In this document: in pieces, positions 23,901 to 36,877 of the stretch
How the letters are laid out: every line of letters starts with the position of its first letter
How positions within the stretch are numbered: position 1 is the first letter of the stretch
Assembly (NCBI GenBank): GCA_014905635.1
Contig: JABVCE010000002.1
Coordinates: 1,364,001-1,428,000 of the forward strand
Length of the DNA stretch: 64,000 bases
Source of the DNA: Scenedesmus sp. PABB004
Lineage: Eukaryota
Reading direction: 5' to 3'
Made by a program: the position numbers and the translations under genes
Notes under the pieces: generated by a model
Told to the model about the DNA's origin: nothing
Seen by the model: only the letters and a program-made list of their open reading frames with translations
Databases searched by the model: none

Positions 23901-24840
23901 CGCGGGCCGCCACCATGGCCTCGCCGGCCGCGCGCTGCTCGCCGGCCGCGCGCCGCTCGCCGGCCGCCGCGCCGGCCGCCCCGCGCCAGCCCCGCACCGC
24001 CTTCGCCAGCACGCTGCGCGCCGCCGCGCACCGCGCGGCGTCGCAGCGCGCCAGGCAGGGGCCGGCCCAGGCGCGGAGCGCGCCGGCCAGCACACGGCGG
24101 TGGTGCCAGCGCGCAGCGCGCGCGAGCTGCTGCGCGGCGCGCCCGCGCTGCTGCGCAGCCGTGTGCCAGGCCGCAAGCGTCTGCGCCAGGCGCAGCTGCT
24201 GCAGGCGCCCCGCCTTGCGCTGCGCCGCCGCGCGCAGCCGCGGACGCTCCCGCCACGCGCACCAGCAGGCGCGCAGGCGGCGCGCCGCCGCACGCCGCGT
24301 CGCCAGGTGCGCAGCGCGGCGCGCCGCCGCGCGGCGCCGCCACGCGGCCGCGCACGCCGCCAGCAGGCGCTGCCCGCGGCGCCGCGCCTGCTGGTCCGCC
24401 AGGCGCGCGTGCGCCGCCGCCAGCCGGCGAGCCGCGGTGTCGGCGTGCGCCGCGCCGTCGGCCAGTGCTCGCTGGTGCTCGGCCAGCTTGCGCTGCATCA
24501 CCAGCAGCGCCGAGCTGCGCTCGCGGGCCGCATAACCCTGCAGCGCCGGCTGCGGCGGCGGCGCCCGCGGCTGCTGCGGCACGGCCGGCAGCTGCGCGAG
24601 GGGGAGCGGCGGCGGCGACTGTGCCGGCGGCGGCGGCGGCTGCGGCGGCGGCGCCGCCGGCGGGGGCGCCGCTGCCGCAGCGGCGGCTGCTCGTGGTGCT
24701 GGTGCATGGCCGCCCGCCCAGCGCAGGCAGCCGGCCGGGGGTGCCGCGGCCGCGCGTGGGGGTGCCGGGGGGTAGTACTTGACCGGCGAGCCGAGCGCGA
24801 GCAGCCGCCGCTCGCCGTCCACGGGCGGCGCCGCCATCAT
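20917..24840 (-). CDS. Protein with Sfi1-like Trp-containing helical repeats, a Kelch beta-propeller and a C-terminal coiled coil
   Basis: Repeated L-x3-W/xxW[RH] units (LRACWCAWR, LAQTLAAWH, LAGALRAWA, LAKAVRGWR, LRRAWLRWA, LRRTWWAWR). Kelch blades VLVFGGTAG, FVVSGGFAG, LVVFGGSGG...LGDVWVFS, LWVHGGLG...LSDLWRLDLTSWQW, LLVHGGYSG, LLLLGGQG. Alternative start at 24873. Confidence 0.75.
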
Positions 24841-25199
24841 CGGTTGACCGGCCCGCACCGCCGGCTCCCGCATCCCGCCCCGCTGAGCGTGAGTGACTCG
24901 TGCAGGTCAGAGGGTGGGGCGCGCTTTTGAAAAGGCGGCGGGTGCCATCGGTGGAAGGCACAACGGCGGTCGCGCGGCTCTGCCTGGCCGCGTGACGGCG
25001 CAGGTGGCGCCGCCGCGAGGCACGCCACACTGCTCCGCCCGCTCTGCGTCACGGTCTGCCGCCTGCCAGCCCGCACGCCCGCCCGCACGCGCCCCACCGC
25101 CCGCCCGCCACGGCAGCCCGCGCGCCGCCACCGCTGCGCACGCAGCCGCCCTCGCGCGCCGGCGCCGGCGCGGCGCCGCGCCGCCGCCCCGCTGGCGCC

Positions 25200-26697
25200 A
25201 TGGACGCCGCGGCCATACGCAGCGCTGTGCGCGACCAGGCGCGCCTGCTGGGCGCCGGAGCGCCGCCGCCCGCGCCGGCCGACCCGCAGCAGCACGTCTG
25301 GACAGCGCAGCAGTGGTGGGAGGCCTTCCAGTTCCTGGTGAGCTGCCGGCCAGCGCCTCCGCAGCTGCTGCGGCCACGGAGCCGACCGCGGCCGTCGCCG
25401 GCGCAACCGCTGCGCAACCGCCGCTGCTGCCGCGCCAGTTCATCACGCGCGAGCCGCCCGAGGCCGAGGCGCACCACCAGGACGACCTGCTGTTCTTCGT
25501 CAAGTCGGAGTCGCACCCCGCGCGCGCGCCGCCGTTCTTCGTGCGCCGCAAGGCGCGCGCGCTGCCGGCCGAGCTCTGCCTGAGCGGCCGCGACTTTGGC
25601 GCCGTCGACTGGCCGCGCAGCGTGCTGCTCAACCTGGTGCTGCAGTGCCAGTACCAGCTCACCGTGGTGGCGTGCGGGTGCGCAGCCGCGCCGTCGGGAG
25701 CCGCCGGGCGCTCGCTGCGGCTGGCCGCAGCGCGGCGCGGTCCCAGCGGCGGTCTCCGCGCCCCGCGACGCACGCCCCCGCCGCCGCGCAGGCGCGACGC
25801 GCTGCCGCTCGTGGCGGAGGGCGCCGCGTGCGGGCCGGGCAGCGTGACCGTGGCCAAGCCGGTGTACGCGAGCGCGGCAGTGACGGCGGTCAACCTCGAC
25901 AGCAGCCGCGGCGACGCGGCCGACCCGGTGCCCTGCTACCCGGACGTCTGCTTCGCGGTCGACAACTTTGACGACGCCTTTGGCGAGCTGGTGCGCCGCG
26001 GCGGCGCGGCCAGGGCGGGCGCGGGCAGGCGCGGGCGCGGGCGCAGCTTGCGGCAGGGCGCGCGGCGCGTGCGCGACGCGCGCGCCGTGCTGCGCCGCGC
26101 CGGGCGCGCGCGCCGCAGGTGCTGGACGATGCGGACCGCTGCTACTGCGTGGTGTTGCAGGCGCTGCTGGACCAGCCGCACGGCGGCGGCGCGCCGGCGC
26201 AGGCGGCCGCGGCGGCGCAGCGCGCGGCGCCGCAGGCGGCGGCGGCGGCGGCGCGCACGCTGTTTGCTGGCTACGTGTCGTACGGGCAGATCTGTGACTT
26301 TGTGGGCGCGGGCGGCCGCGGGCGCGGCCTGCTGGGCGGGCTGCTGGGGCGCGCGCGGGGCGCCGACAAGGTGGTCATGACCGGGCCGGGCGGCGTGGGG
26401 CGCTGCGAGGTCGCGGTCACGCCGCGCGAGGCGCCCGCTGGCGGCGGCGGCGGCGGCGGCGCTGGCGGCGAGGCGGGCGGCGCGGCGCAGCTGGAGCCGG
26501 CGCGCAGCACGCCGCCCAAGGGGCTGCTGCAGCGCGCGCGGCTGCTGGCGTCGGGCGTGCAGCAGGCGCTGTCGGACGCTGGCGGCGGCGGCGCTGGCGG
26601 CGGGGGCGGCGGGGGCAGCATGATGTGCGCACTCATGCTGATGCGGCTGCCGGCGAGCTTCGTGGCGCGCGAGCTGCTCGACGGCTGGGCGGCGTGA
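25200..26697 (+). CDS. DUF2045 / KIAA0930-like protein, multi-exon
   Basis: DDLLFFVK, FFVRRK, VDWPRSVLLNLVLQCQYQLTVVAC, VYAS, CYPDVCFAVDNFDDAF, CYCVVL, TLFAGYVSY, MTGPGGVGRCEVAV. TGTAA at 26737. Confidence 0.88.
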
Positions 26698-26790
26698 CCG
26701 GCGGCGAGGAGCCAGTCGCGGTCAAAGCGCAGCCGCTGTAACAGCACGGCCCGGACCCGGAGGCGCCGCCCCGCCCGCGGCGCGCGCGTC

Positions 26791-28082
26791 TCACTGGCCC
26801 GCGCCGTCGGACGCGGCGTCGCAGCCGGGCGGGAAGAAGACCTCAGTCTGGCGGTAGAACGTGTCGCGGATGAGCGGGCGGCGCGCAAACTCGGGCTTGG
26901 CGAGGCAGCCGCTCGGCGGCGCAAATGCGAGCCGGCTCGTCGTGAGCTGCCCCGGCGCGAGCCGGCGCTCGTGGGTGGTCATGGTGCGGTTCTGCGTGTC
27001 GCGGTGCGTCGCGCTCGCGGCGGGGGCCTTGGGGTCGGGCGCCGGCTCAAACACCAGGTCGTACAGCAGCTGCGGGGCGGGGCGGGGCGCGGGGGCGGGG
27101 GCGGGGCGCGGCGGCGGCGACTCGGCGGCGGCCCCGGGGCCGGCCGCGCCGACGGGCGCGCGCGCGTTTGGGGCGTGCCGGCGCCACCGCCGCAGCTTCC
27201 GGCAGCCGGCGGGGGCTGGGGCGGCGGCGCCGCGCACCGGGCCGTCCGCCGGCCGCGCCGCCTCGGCCTGCGCGCGCGCGAGCTCGGCGCCGCCCTGCGC
27301 GGCGGCCTCGTTGAAGAACTCGATGCCGTTGGCCGTCCACTTGGCCTCGTGCTGCGGCGCCGCGGGCGGGGGTCAGCGGCCGCCGCCAGCGCCGGGCGCA
27401 GCGCGGCTGCTGGCGCCAGCGCGCGGCGCGCTGCGGCGGCCGCCTGCGGGCCTGCCCGCGCGCTCGCCGCTTACCGACAGCTGCTCGCGCCACTGCAGCG
27501 TGCGCACGGTGTTGGAGAACCTGCGAGGGGCAGGGCGGCGGGGGGCTCAGCACCGGGGGCTCGGCCGCCGCCGCGCGGCCGCGCGCAGCGCACTCGTCGC
27601 GCTTGCTGTAGTCCGAGGTGCCGAAGCCCTTCTTCTTCTCCTGCCCGCTGTCCACGTAGCGCCACTTGTCGACGTACTTGTCGCCCTGCTTGTGGCGCAC
27701 GGCGCGCGGTCAGCGGCCGCTTGCTTCTCCCCCTCCCCTGCCCCCTCGCGGCGGCGGCGCACCTCGGCGATGTACTTGTGCATGTGCTCAAAGAGCGAGC
27801 CGCGACCAGCCGGCGTGGCGAACTGCTTACCGAGCCAGCGCTGAGGCAGCGGCTCCTTCGGCGGCAGGCCCAGTGGCTTGCTGCGGGCGGGCGGCACCCA
27901 CGGTCGTGGGCCTGGCCCCGCCCGGCGAGGCCCCAGCTGCAGGCGGTGGCGCGCTGCGGCGCGCTGCGGCGGCGGCGGCGGCCGCTCGCGCGCGCCGCTC
28001 ACTCCGGCTCTCCTATGGTGATGTAGCTCGTTTTCGCAAACACTCCCAGCAGCGCCTTCTCGTCGGTGTGGCCGAGATTCAT
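26791..28082 (-). CDS. Cilia/flagella-associated protein, CFAP96/C4orf47 (DUF4586)-like, 6 exons
   Basis: Exon 1 (not in the ORF track) reads MNLGHTDEKALLGVFAKTSYITIGEPD with a CAACATG start. Later exons give PLPQRWLGKQF...LFEHMHKYIAE/GDKYVDKWRY...KKKGFGTSDYSKRDE/FSNTVRTLQWREQL and KPEFARRPLIRDTFYR. The G-x-F...YITIG motif resembles C4orf47; the exact orthologue is uncertain. Confidence 0.7.
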
Positions 28083-28423
28083 GTTGTTTTGCTGCTCCGG
28101 CGCGCGCGCCGCTGTACACGGCTGGTGGCGCTCCCGTGGCCGGGCTGAGAGACGCGAGTGAGTTGCGGGCGGAGCTCTGGAGCTCTCGCGGAGCGCTTAC
28201 GGGAGCTGGGCGCGGCTCAGCGGCTCGAGCAGCGTGACGACCGCTACAGCCGAGCTCACGGGCAGCTGGGAGCCCCACCCGCCCCGTGCACCGTTGGCGC
28301 TCCGGGCTGAGTCCGCCGTCGCCGTTCCGTCCGCTCCGCCGCCGCCGCCGCCACCGCAGCAGCAGCAGCAGCACGCAGCGTGTGTGGTGGCGCCGCCACG
28401 CGTGCTGCCGGCGGCCAGGCCAC

Positions 28424-29079
28424 ATGCCGCCCCCAGCTCTGCACGCCGCCGGCTGGTCGCAGCGGCCCTGCACGGCGGTCTGCGGCGCGCCCTGGCGCAG
28501 GGCGGCAGCGGCGCAGCAGCGTCCGCGCCGCTGCAGCGGCGCGCTCGTGGCCCGTGCAGCGGGGAGCGGCGACGCCGCCGAGCTGCGCCCCCGGCCGGCT
28601 GGCGACACGGAGCTGCAGGCGTTTGGTGCCGAGCAGCTCGCTTTTCTCGAGCGCAAGCGAGCTTACAAGGCGGGCGAGCGCGCCACGCCGCTCTGCATGT
28701 GCCCCGACTGCGGCGGTAAGGGCACCGTGGTCTGCTGGGAGTGCGGCGGCGCGGGCACCAACGCACGCGACCACGCGATGCTGGGGGACGGCGGCGCCGC
28801 GGCGGCGGCCACGGTGCGGCAGCAGACCGGCGTGATCGACGTGAGCTGGTTCCTCATCAAGGGCGGGCCCTGCTTCATCTGCAGGCGCGCGCGCGGCGCG
28901 GCGCAGCAGGGAGGCGCAGCGGGGCGGCGCAGCGGGGCGGCGCAGCGGTCCTGCGCGCTGCGTGCTGAGCGCGGCGCGGCGCGCCCGCCCGCCACAGGGG
29001 CAAGCCCGAGTGCCCGTGCCGGTCCTGTGAGGGCACCGGAATCAAGGGCTTCGATCTCGCCATGTACTCGGGCGACTGA
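28424..29079 (+). CDS. Plastid DnaJ-type cysteine-rich zinc-finger protein (DnaJE/BSD2-like class), 2 exons
   Basis: Transit peptide followed by CPDCGGKG, CWECGGAG, CFICR|GKP and CRSCEGTG. The last motifs are completed only by a GC-AG intron at 28885-28997. Confidence 0.85.
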
Positions 29080-29401
29080 CTGAGCGCCTTGTGCAGGCGC
29101 TGGCCGGCTGGCGGGCGCGCCCGGGCTGCTGCAGCGCCAGCGGCCTGCCTGGCTGGCCCGGGCGGGGCGCACGAGCTTGTGATGTCCGGCGTTGCACGCC
29201 CACCTGAGCGGAGGCAACCGCGCGCGCCACGCTTCGCGCGACCCGCGCGCCGCCGCTGGAGCTCGCGGGCGACCCCGCCCGTCCCCGGCAGCAGCCCCGC
29301 GCCCCAAAAACGCTGCCGCACTGCACCCCCCCCCCTTCCGCCGCCGCCACGTCGCCGCGCGCCACGCCGCCGTGCCGTGGCGTGGCCGCCGCCAGCGCCC
29401 G

Positions 29402-29917
29402 TCAGTCGCGGTAGGCCTCCGGCGGCGTGTCGTAGAGGAAGTGGCGCGTGAGCGGGAAGGGCGCCAGGTCCTCCTGCTGCGCCGCGTCGCGCAGCGCGGG
29501 CGGCAGCGCCTGCAGCGCCGCGCGCTTGAGCCGGATCTTGCCCGCCACGTCGGCGACCCAGGCCGCGTGCTCGCGCATCCGCAGCCGGCTGAACTCCTTG
29601 GCGCGCGACACAACCTCCGCCTGCTGCGCCGGCGTGCGCGGCGGCGGCGGCGCCTCCGCCGGCGGCACGAGCATGGCGATGACCTTCTGCATCAGCGGGT
29701 CCTTCTCGTCAAAGGGCCGCGACTCCATGCGCTGCTTGCTCTTCTTGCCGGCGCCGCCCGCCGCCTTGCCCTTGCCGCCCTTGGCCGGCGCCGCGCCCTT
29801 CTTCTTGGCCGCCGCCTTGGCCCCGCGCGCCGGCTGGCAGAGGGGGCCGGCCAGCAGCGCGGGGGCCAGCGCCTCCGCCGCCCGCGGGCGGAGCAGGCCG
29901 CGCAGCAGCAGCAGCAT
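29402..29917 (-). CDS. mL40: Mitochondrial ribosomal protein mL40-like, single exon
   Basis: Mitochondrial-type presequence and Lys-rich segment, then AKEFSRLRMREH...KIRLKRAALQALPPALRDAAQQEDLAPFPLTRHFLYDTPP, matching the mL40 C-terminal pattern. Confidence 0.78.
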   Translation of the reverse strand: MLLLLRGLLRPRAAEALAPALLAGPLCQPARGAKAAAKKKGAAPAKGGKGKAAGGAGKKSKQRMESRPFDEKDPLMQKVIAMLVPPAEAPPPPRTPAQQAEVVSRAKEFSRLRMREHAAWVADVAGKIRLKRAALQALPPALRDAAQQEDLAPFPLTRHFLYDTPPEAYRD

Positions 29918-30207
29918 CTCAGCCGCCGCTGCCCGCCCGGCCTCGGCCGCGCGGCGCGACGGAGCGCGCCGCCGCCGCTGGCGCGAGGATCGGCGCGCGG
30001 GACGTGCGACCGGGCGCCCGCGGCGCGTCAGCGGCGGCGCGCGCGGCGCGCCGATGCTCCTTCGCCGCTGCTGCCGCTGCTGCTGCGGCTTCCCACTGTG
30101 CGTGCGTGGGCGGTGCGCGCGGCTGCCGCGGGCGGGGAGGAGAGTCACAGGAGTGCGCAGCCGGCAGCGGCGCGCTGCCATTCGGCGGCGTCCGTCGCTG
30201 AACCGCG

Positions 30208-32277
<2,070 letters not shown>

Positions 32278-33169
32278 ACCGCGCCGCCGCCGGCCGCCGC
32301 TGCTGCCGAGCGCCGCTGCCGCTGCTCAGCGCCGCCGCGCCGCCGCCGACGATGTGGGGAGCTGCCCCTGCCGCCCCTCTCTTCCTCAGGCGGCGGGGCG
32401 CCCTGCGGGTCCGCCGGCGCGCGCGGGCGGCGGGCGCGGCGCCGCTGCTGCTGCCGCGGCGGCGGCGGCCCCGGCGGCCGTGCGCTCGCGGGCCGGCGCG
32501 CTGGCGAGCACGTGGTGCGTTCGCGGGCTCTGTCGCGGGAGAGGGGGGGAGGAGTCATCGACTGCGGGACGCGCGCTAGTGACCTAGCTGCGCCCGCTCG
32601 ACGCCCCGCCTGCCCGCGCGGAGCAGCCGCGCGACAGACGTGGTGGTGCGCCAATGCTCCCGCAGCGTCAGCGACGTCGGAGCAGCAGCCCCGCGCCAGC
32701 GCTGCGCTGGCGCGACTCCGTGCGGCCATGCCGGCCCCCGGGCGCGTGAGGTGCGCAAGAGCAGGCGGCGATGGGCGTGTTGCCGGCATGGCCAGCTGCG
32801 CGCCCGCATGGCCAGCTGCGCGGGGGCCGGCGCGCTGCTGCTGCGGGCGACGATGCCAGGCGCCGCGGGCCGGCTGGCAGGCCGCTGGCAGCGCGATCAG
32901 TGCGTGGGCTGCGCGGCGCGCGGGCCTTTCTCACGGCGAGGACGTGACCGATGGCCGGGCATCCGGCGCCCGCCACGGCGCCGTGCGCGGCGCCGGACCG
33001 CCGGCGGGCCCCGGACCGCGCAGCGGGGGGCCTTGGCCAGCCGTCCCGCCCGCCGCAGCGGCCCGGCGCGCCGCAGCGGGGGCGGGGCACGGGTTGGCAC
33101 CGCTGTGGCGGGTCGGTTCCGGCCTCCCACCCACCGCCGCCGGCCGCGCAGGCGCTGAGAGCTGGCGCC

Positions 33170-34991
33170 ATGATTGAAGAGCAGCGCCAGCCGGTGGCGC
33201 TGGGGCCGGCGGCGGCGGCGCGGCTGACGTGCGACCAGGTGCGCGGCGGAGCAGCGGCGGCGGCGCGCGGGGCGCGCCGGCGCCGCGCCGCAGGGGCGGC
33301 GCCGCGGGCAGCGGCGGCGGCGTGCCGGCGTTGCCGCCTCGCGCGCCCTCGGTGTGCCGCCGGCGTGCGTGCGGCCGCACGGGCGCCCGCCCCGACGGCC
33401 GCCGCCGCGGCTCGCGCGCAGGCGCACGGCAAGCTGGACATCGCGATCGCGGACGACGGCGGCGCGGGCACGGTCATCCACGTGCGCGGCCCCGCCGTCG
33501 GGCGCATGTCGGACCTCGGCTACGTCTTCGACAAGCTGGGTGAGCGCGGGCGGGCGCAAGCTTACCGCGCCCCGAGCGCGCCGCCGCCGGGCGCGCCGCC
33601 GCCGGGCGCGCCGCCGAGCGCGCCGCGCCGCCGCGCGGCTGCAGGCGTGGACATCATCTCCTGCAGCACCATGCCCACGCCCGGCAGCTGCGACATGACG
33701 CTCGTGGTCGTGGACCGGCACGACAGCCAGCCCCTCGACGACTGCCTCAAGCAGAGCGTGCGCCAGGGGCTGCGCTCCGTGCTGCAGGGCTGCAGCGGCG
33801 AGGGCTGCTGCGAGCACGCGGGCAGCCCGCCGCGCGCGGGCGGCTGCGCCGTGCCGCCACCGACGCCCGTCGCGGCGCCGGCGGCGGCGGCGGCAGAGCA
33901 GCAGCAGCAGCAGCAGGAGCAGCAGCTGCCGCCGCTCGGCGCGGCGCGGCAGAGCAGCGGCGGCGGCTTTGCCACCGCTGACAGCAGCAAGCAGCCGCTG
34001 CTGCTGGACCTGTGCAGGGCGGGCTCGTCCGAGGCGGCTGGCAAGGCCGTCGGCTGGCAGCCAAGCCAGGCCGGCGCGGCGGCGGCGGCGCAGCAGCAGC
34101 AGCTGGAGCAGCTGTTGGAGCAGCAGCAGCAGCCGCTGCAGCGGCTGGAGCAGCAGCAGCAGGCGGCCGGCGGCAGCGAACGCGCCGCGCCGCCGCCGGG
34201 GGCAGCAGGCAGGGCAGCGGCAGCCGGCAGCCCACGCCGCGGGTGACGTTTGCAGACCAGGCGGGCGCGGGCGAGGGCGGGAGCAGGGCGAGCGACAATC
34301 CGTGCGGCTTCCGGCCGGCTCTGAAGATCGACATCCCCTTTGTGGCAGGCGACGCGGCTGGGCCGGCGCCTGGGTGCCCTGAACGCACCGGCGGGCAGCG
34401 CGCGGGCGGCGCCGCGAGCGGCAGCGGCGCCGCGGCGCCGGCGCCCCCGCAGCAGCAGTCGAGGCAGCAGCCGCAGCCGCAGCAGCCGGCGCTGCAGGCC
34501 AGCGACCTGGCGCAGCGCCTGCTGCAGCTGGGCCTGCGGCAGCGGCCGCCGGTGGCGGCCAGCAGCGACAGCGACAGCGACGGCGGCGAGCAGCAGTCGG
34601 ACCACAGCGGCCAGCTCAGCGCGCGGCGCTGCCGGTGGCTGGGCCCGCTGCCCAGCAGGAGCTGCAACGACCTGGCGGCGCTGGCGCAGCTCGCGGCGCC
34701 CAGCGACGAGCCGCCGAGCGGCGCCAGCACGCGGCGCAGCCCGCAGGGAGCCGTCGCGGCGGAGGTCGTCGCGGCGGCGCAGCGGCTGCCCACCAGCGTC
34801 GCGGCCGGCGGTCCGGAGCGCAGCTCGCGCAGCGACGAGAGCCTGCACCTCGGCGGCGGCCCGGAGCGCAGCTCGCGCTCCGACAACTCGATGCACCGCG
34901 CGCACGCCACGCTCGGCGCGCTGCTGCACAGCATCAACGACGCCGCGGCGCGCGCCGCCGGCGACCGCGCCGTGCCGCCCTCGCCGGCGGT

Positions 34992-35028
<37 letters not shown>

Positions 35029-36846
35029 ACGCGCCGCAAGCCGCCGGCGCGCACGCCCAGCCGCATCATCCTGTCGCCGGTCGCGCCCGACGGCAGCGGC
35101 GACCCGGGCGGCGCGCCCAAGCTCTTCGTGTCCATCCCCAAGGAGAAGGCCCCCAGCGACGAGAAGCGCGCGCGGCGGCCGGTCAAGCGCGCCACGACGT
35201 GCGGCACGCTGCTCACGCCCGGCCGCGGCGGCGTGCTGTCGGCGCTGTGGTCGCAGCAGAGCGTCGGGCGGCTCACCTCGGGCGGGGCCAGCCCCAAGGC
35301 CGCGGCCGCCGCCGCCGCGGCGGCTGGCATGCCGTACAACGTCGCGGTGGCCGCCGCGCAGCTGCTGGGCAGCCACGGCAACGCGCGCGAGGCGGCCGCG
35401 GCGGTCGCGGCCGCGGCGGCGGCGAGCGAGCAGGCGGCTGCGGCGCAGCAGGCGGGGCCGCCGTCGGCCAGCCCGCTGAGCAGCCCGCTGCCGGCGCCGG
35501 CGTCGGCGGCGAGCAGCGCGGAGGTGCTGACGTCGCCCGCGGTGGCCACGCCGCGCGGCGTGCCGCCGCTCACGCCGGTGCACCCCGCGGTCGCGGCCGC
35601 GGCGGCGGCGGCCATCGCCGTCGCGGCCGAGGCGGCGGGCGAGGCCGCGGCGGCCATGTCGGCGGCCATGTCTGCGGCGGGCGTGATCGAGGAGGGCGAC
35701 GCGGAGGGCGAGCTGAGCAGCCTCGTGTCGACGGCGTCCGGCGCGAGCGGCGACGCCGCGCTGCTGCTGCGCGCCGACGCCGACGCCGACGGCGGCGAGA
35801 GCAGCAGCAGCGAGGAGTGGTGGTGCGGCTCGCTCACCGGGCTCGTCGCGCGGGACATCATGAGCGGCCCGCTGCGCGTGGTGCCCGCCGACACGGACGT
35901 CGCGGCGGCGCGCGCGGCGCTGGTGTCGCAGGCGCTGCCGGGCCTGCTCGTTGACCTGGGGCCGGGCGAGGAGCCGGGCTTCCTCACGCGCCGCGACTTT
36001 TTCAAGGCCAGCAGCTTCTCCAAGCGCAGCGCGCGGCGCCGCGCGCGCATGACCGTGCGCGACATCATGAGCCACCCCGCGGTCGCGGTCGAGTCGGGGC
36101 AGGCAATCGAGCTGTGCGCCGCGGTCATGCAGGAGGCGGGCGTGCAGCGCGCGGTCGTGCGCGACGCCGCCGCGGGCGCGGCCGCGCCGGGGGACCACCT
36201 CGCGGGCTACGTGGGCCTGCTGAGCGACGCCGCGATCTTCCGCTGCCTCGGGCTGTACCCCGACGACGACGCGCCGCCGGACGGCGACGACGATGAGCGC
36301 GCGGGCGCGGCCGGCCTGCCGCCCGCGGCGCGGCACGCGTCGCTCGCGGCGCGCAGCTCCGCGGACGGCAGCGGGCTCGACACGCCGCTCAGCAGCCGCG
36401 CGGCGACGCCCGGCGGCGGCGGCGGCGGCGCGCTCGCGCCGTCGGCGTCCGCGCCGCCCGGCGGCGCGCCGGCGCTGGCGGGCTCGCCCAAGGCGCTGAC
36501 GCTGCCGGACCTGGTGCTCATGCGCGAGGGCGTGCGCCTCGGCTCGTCGCTCTCCAGCAGCTCCGCCGGGTCCATGGGCTCGCTCGCCGCCGGCGTCATG
36601 GCCCGCGCCGGCAGCGGCGGCGCGCCGGGCGCCGACGGCGGCGCCGGCAGCGCCGCCGGCACGGGCAGCAGCGCCGGCGGCACCGGCGGCAGCGCCGCCG
36701 GCGGCGCGCCCGACGCGCTGAGCCGCTACCGCACCGCCGCGAGCCTGTGGGAGGTGGACATGCGCGAGATGGAGCTGCTGCGCCGCATCGGCGAGGGCAG
36801 CTTCGGGGAGGTCATGCTCGCAAACTACAGGGGCACCAAGGCGCGG

Positions 36847-36877
<31 letters not shown>

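Noticed and set aside
28026..28034. Apparent non-AUG (ACG) start in an A-rich context for the CFAP96-like gene
   Set aside because: An in-frame ATG with good context (CAACATG) lies upstream at 28082 and extends the family-like motif.
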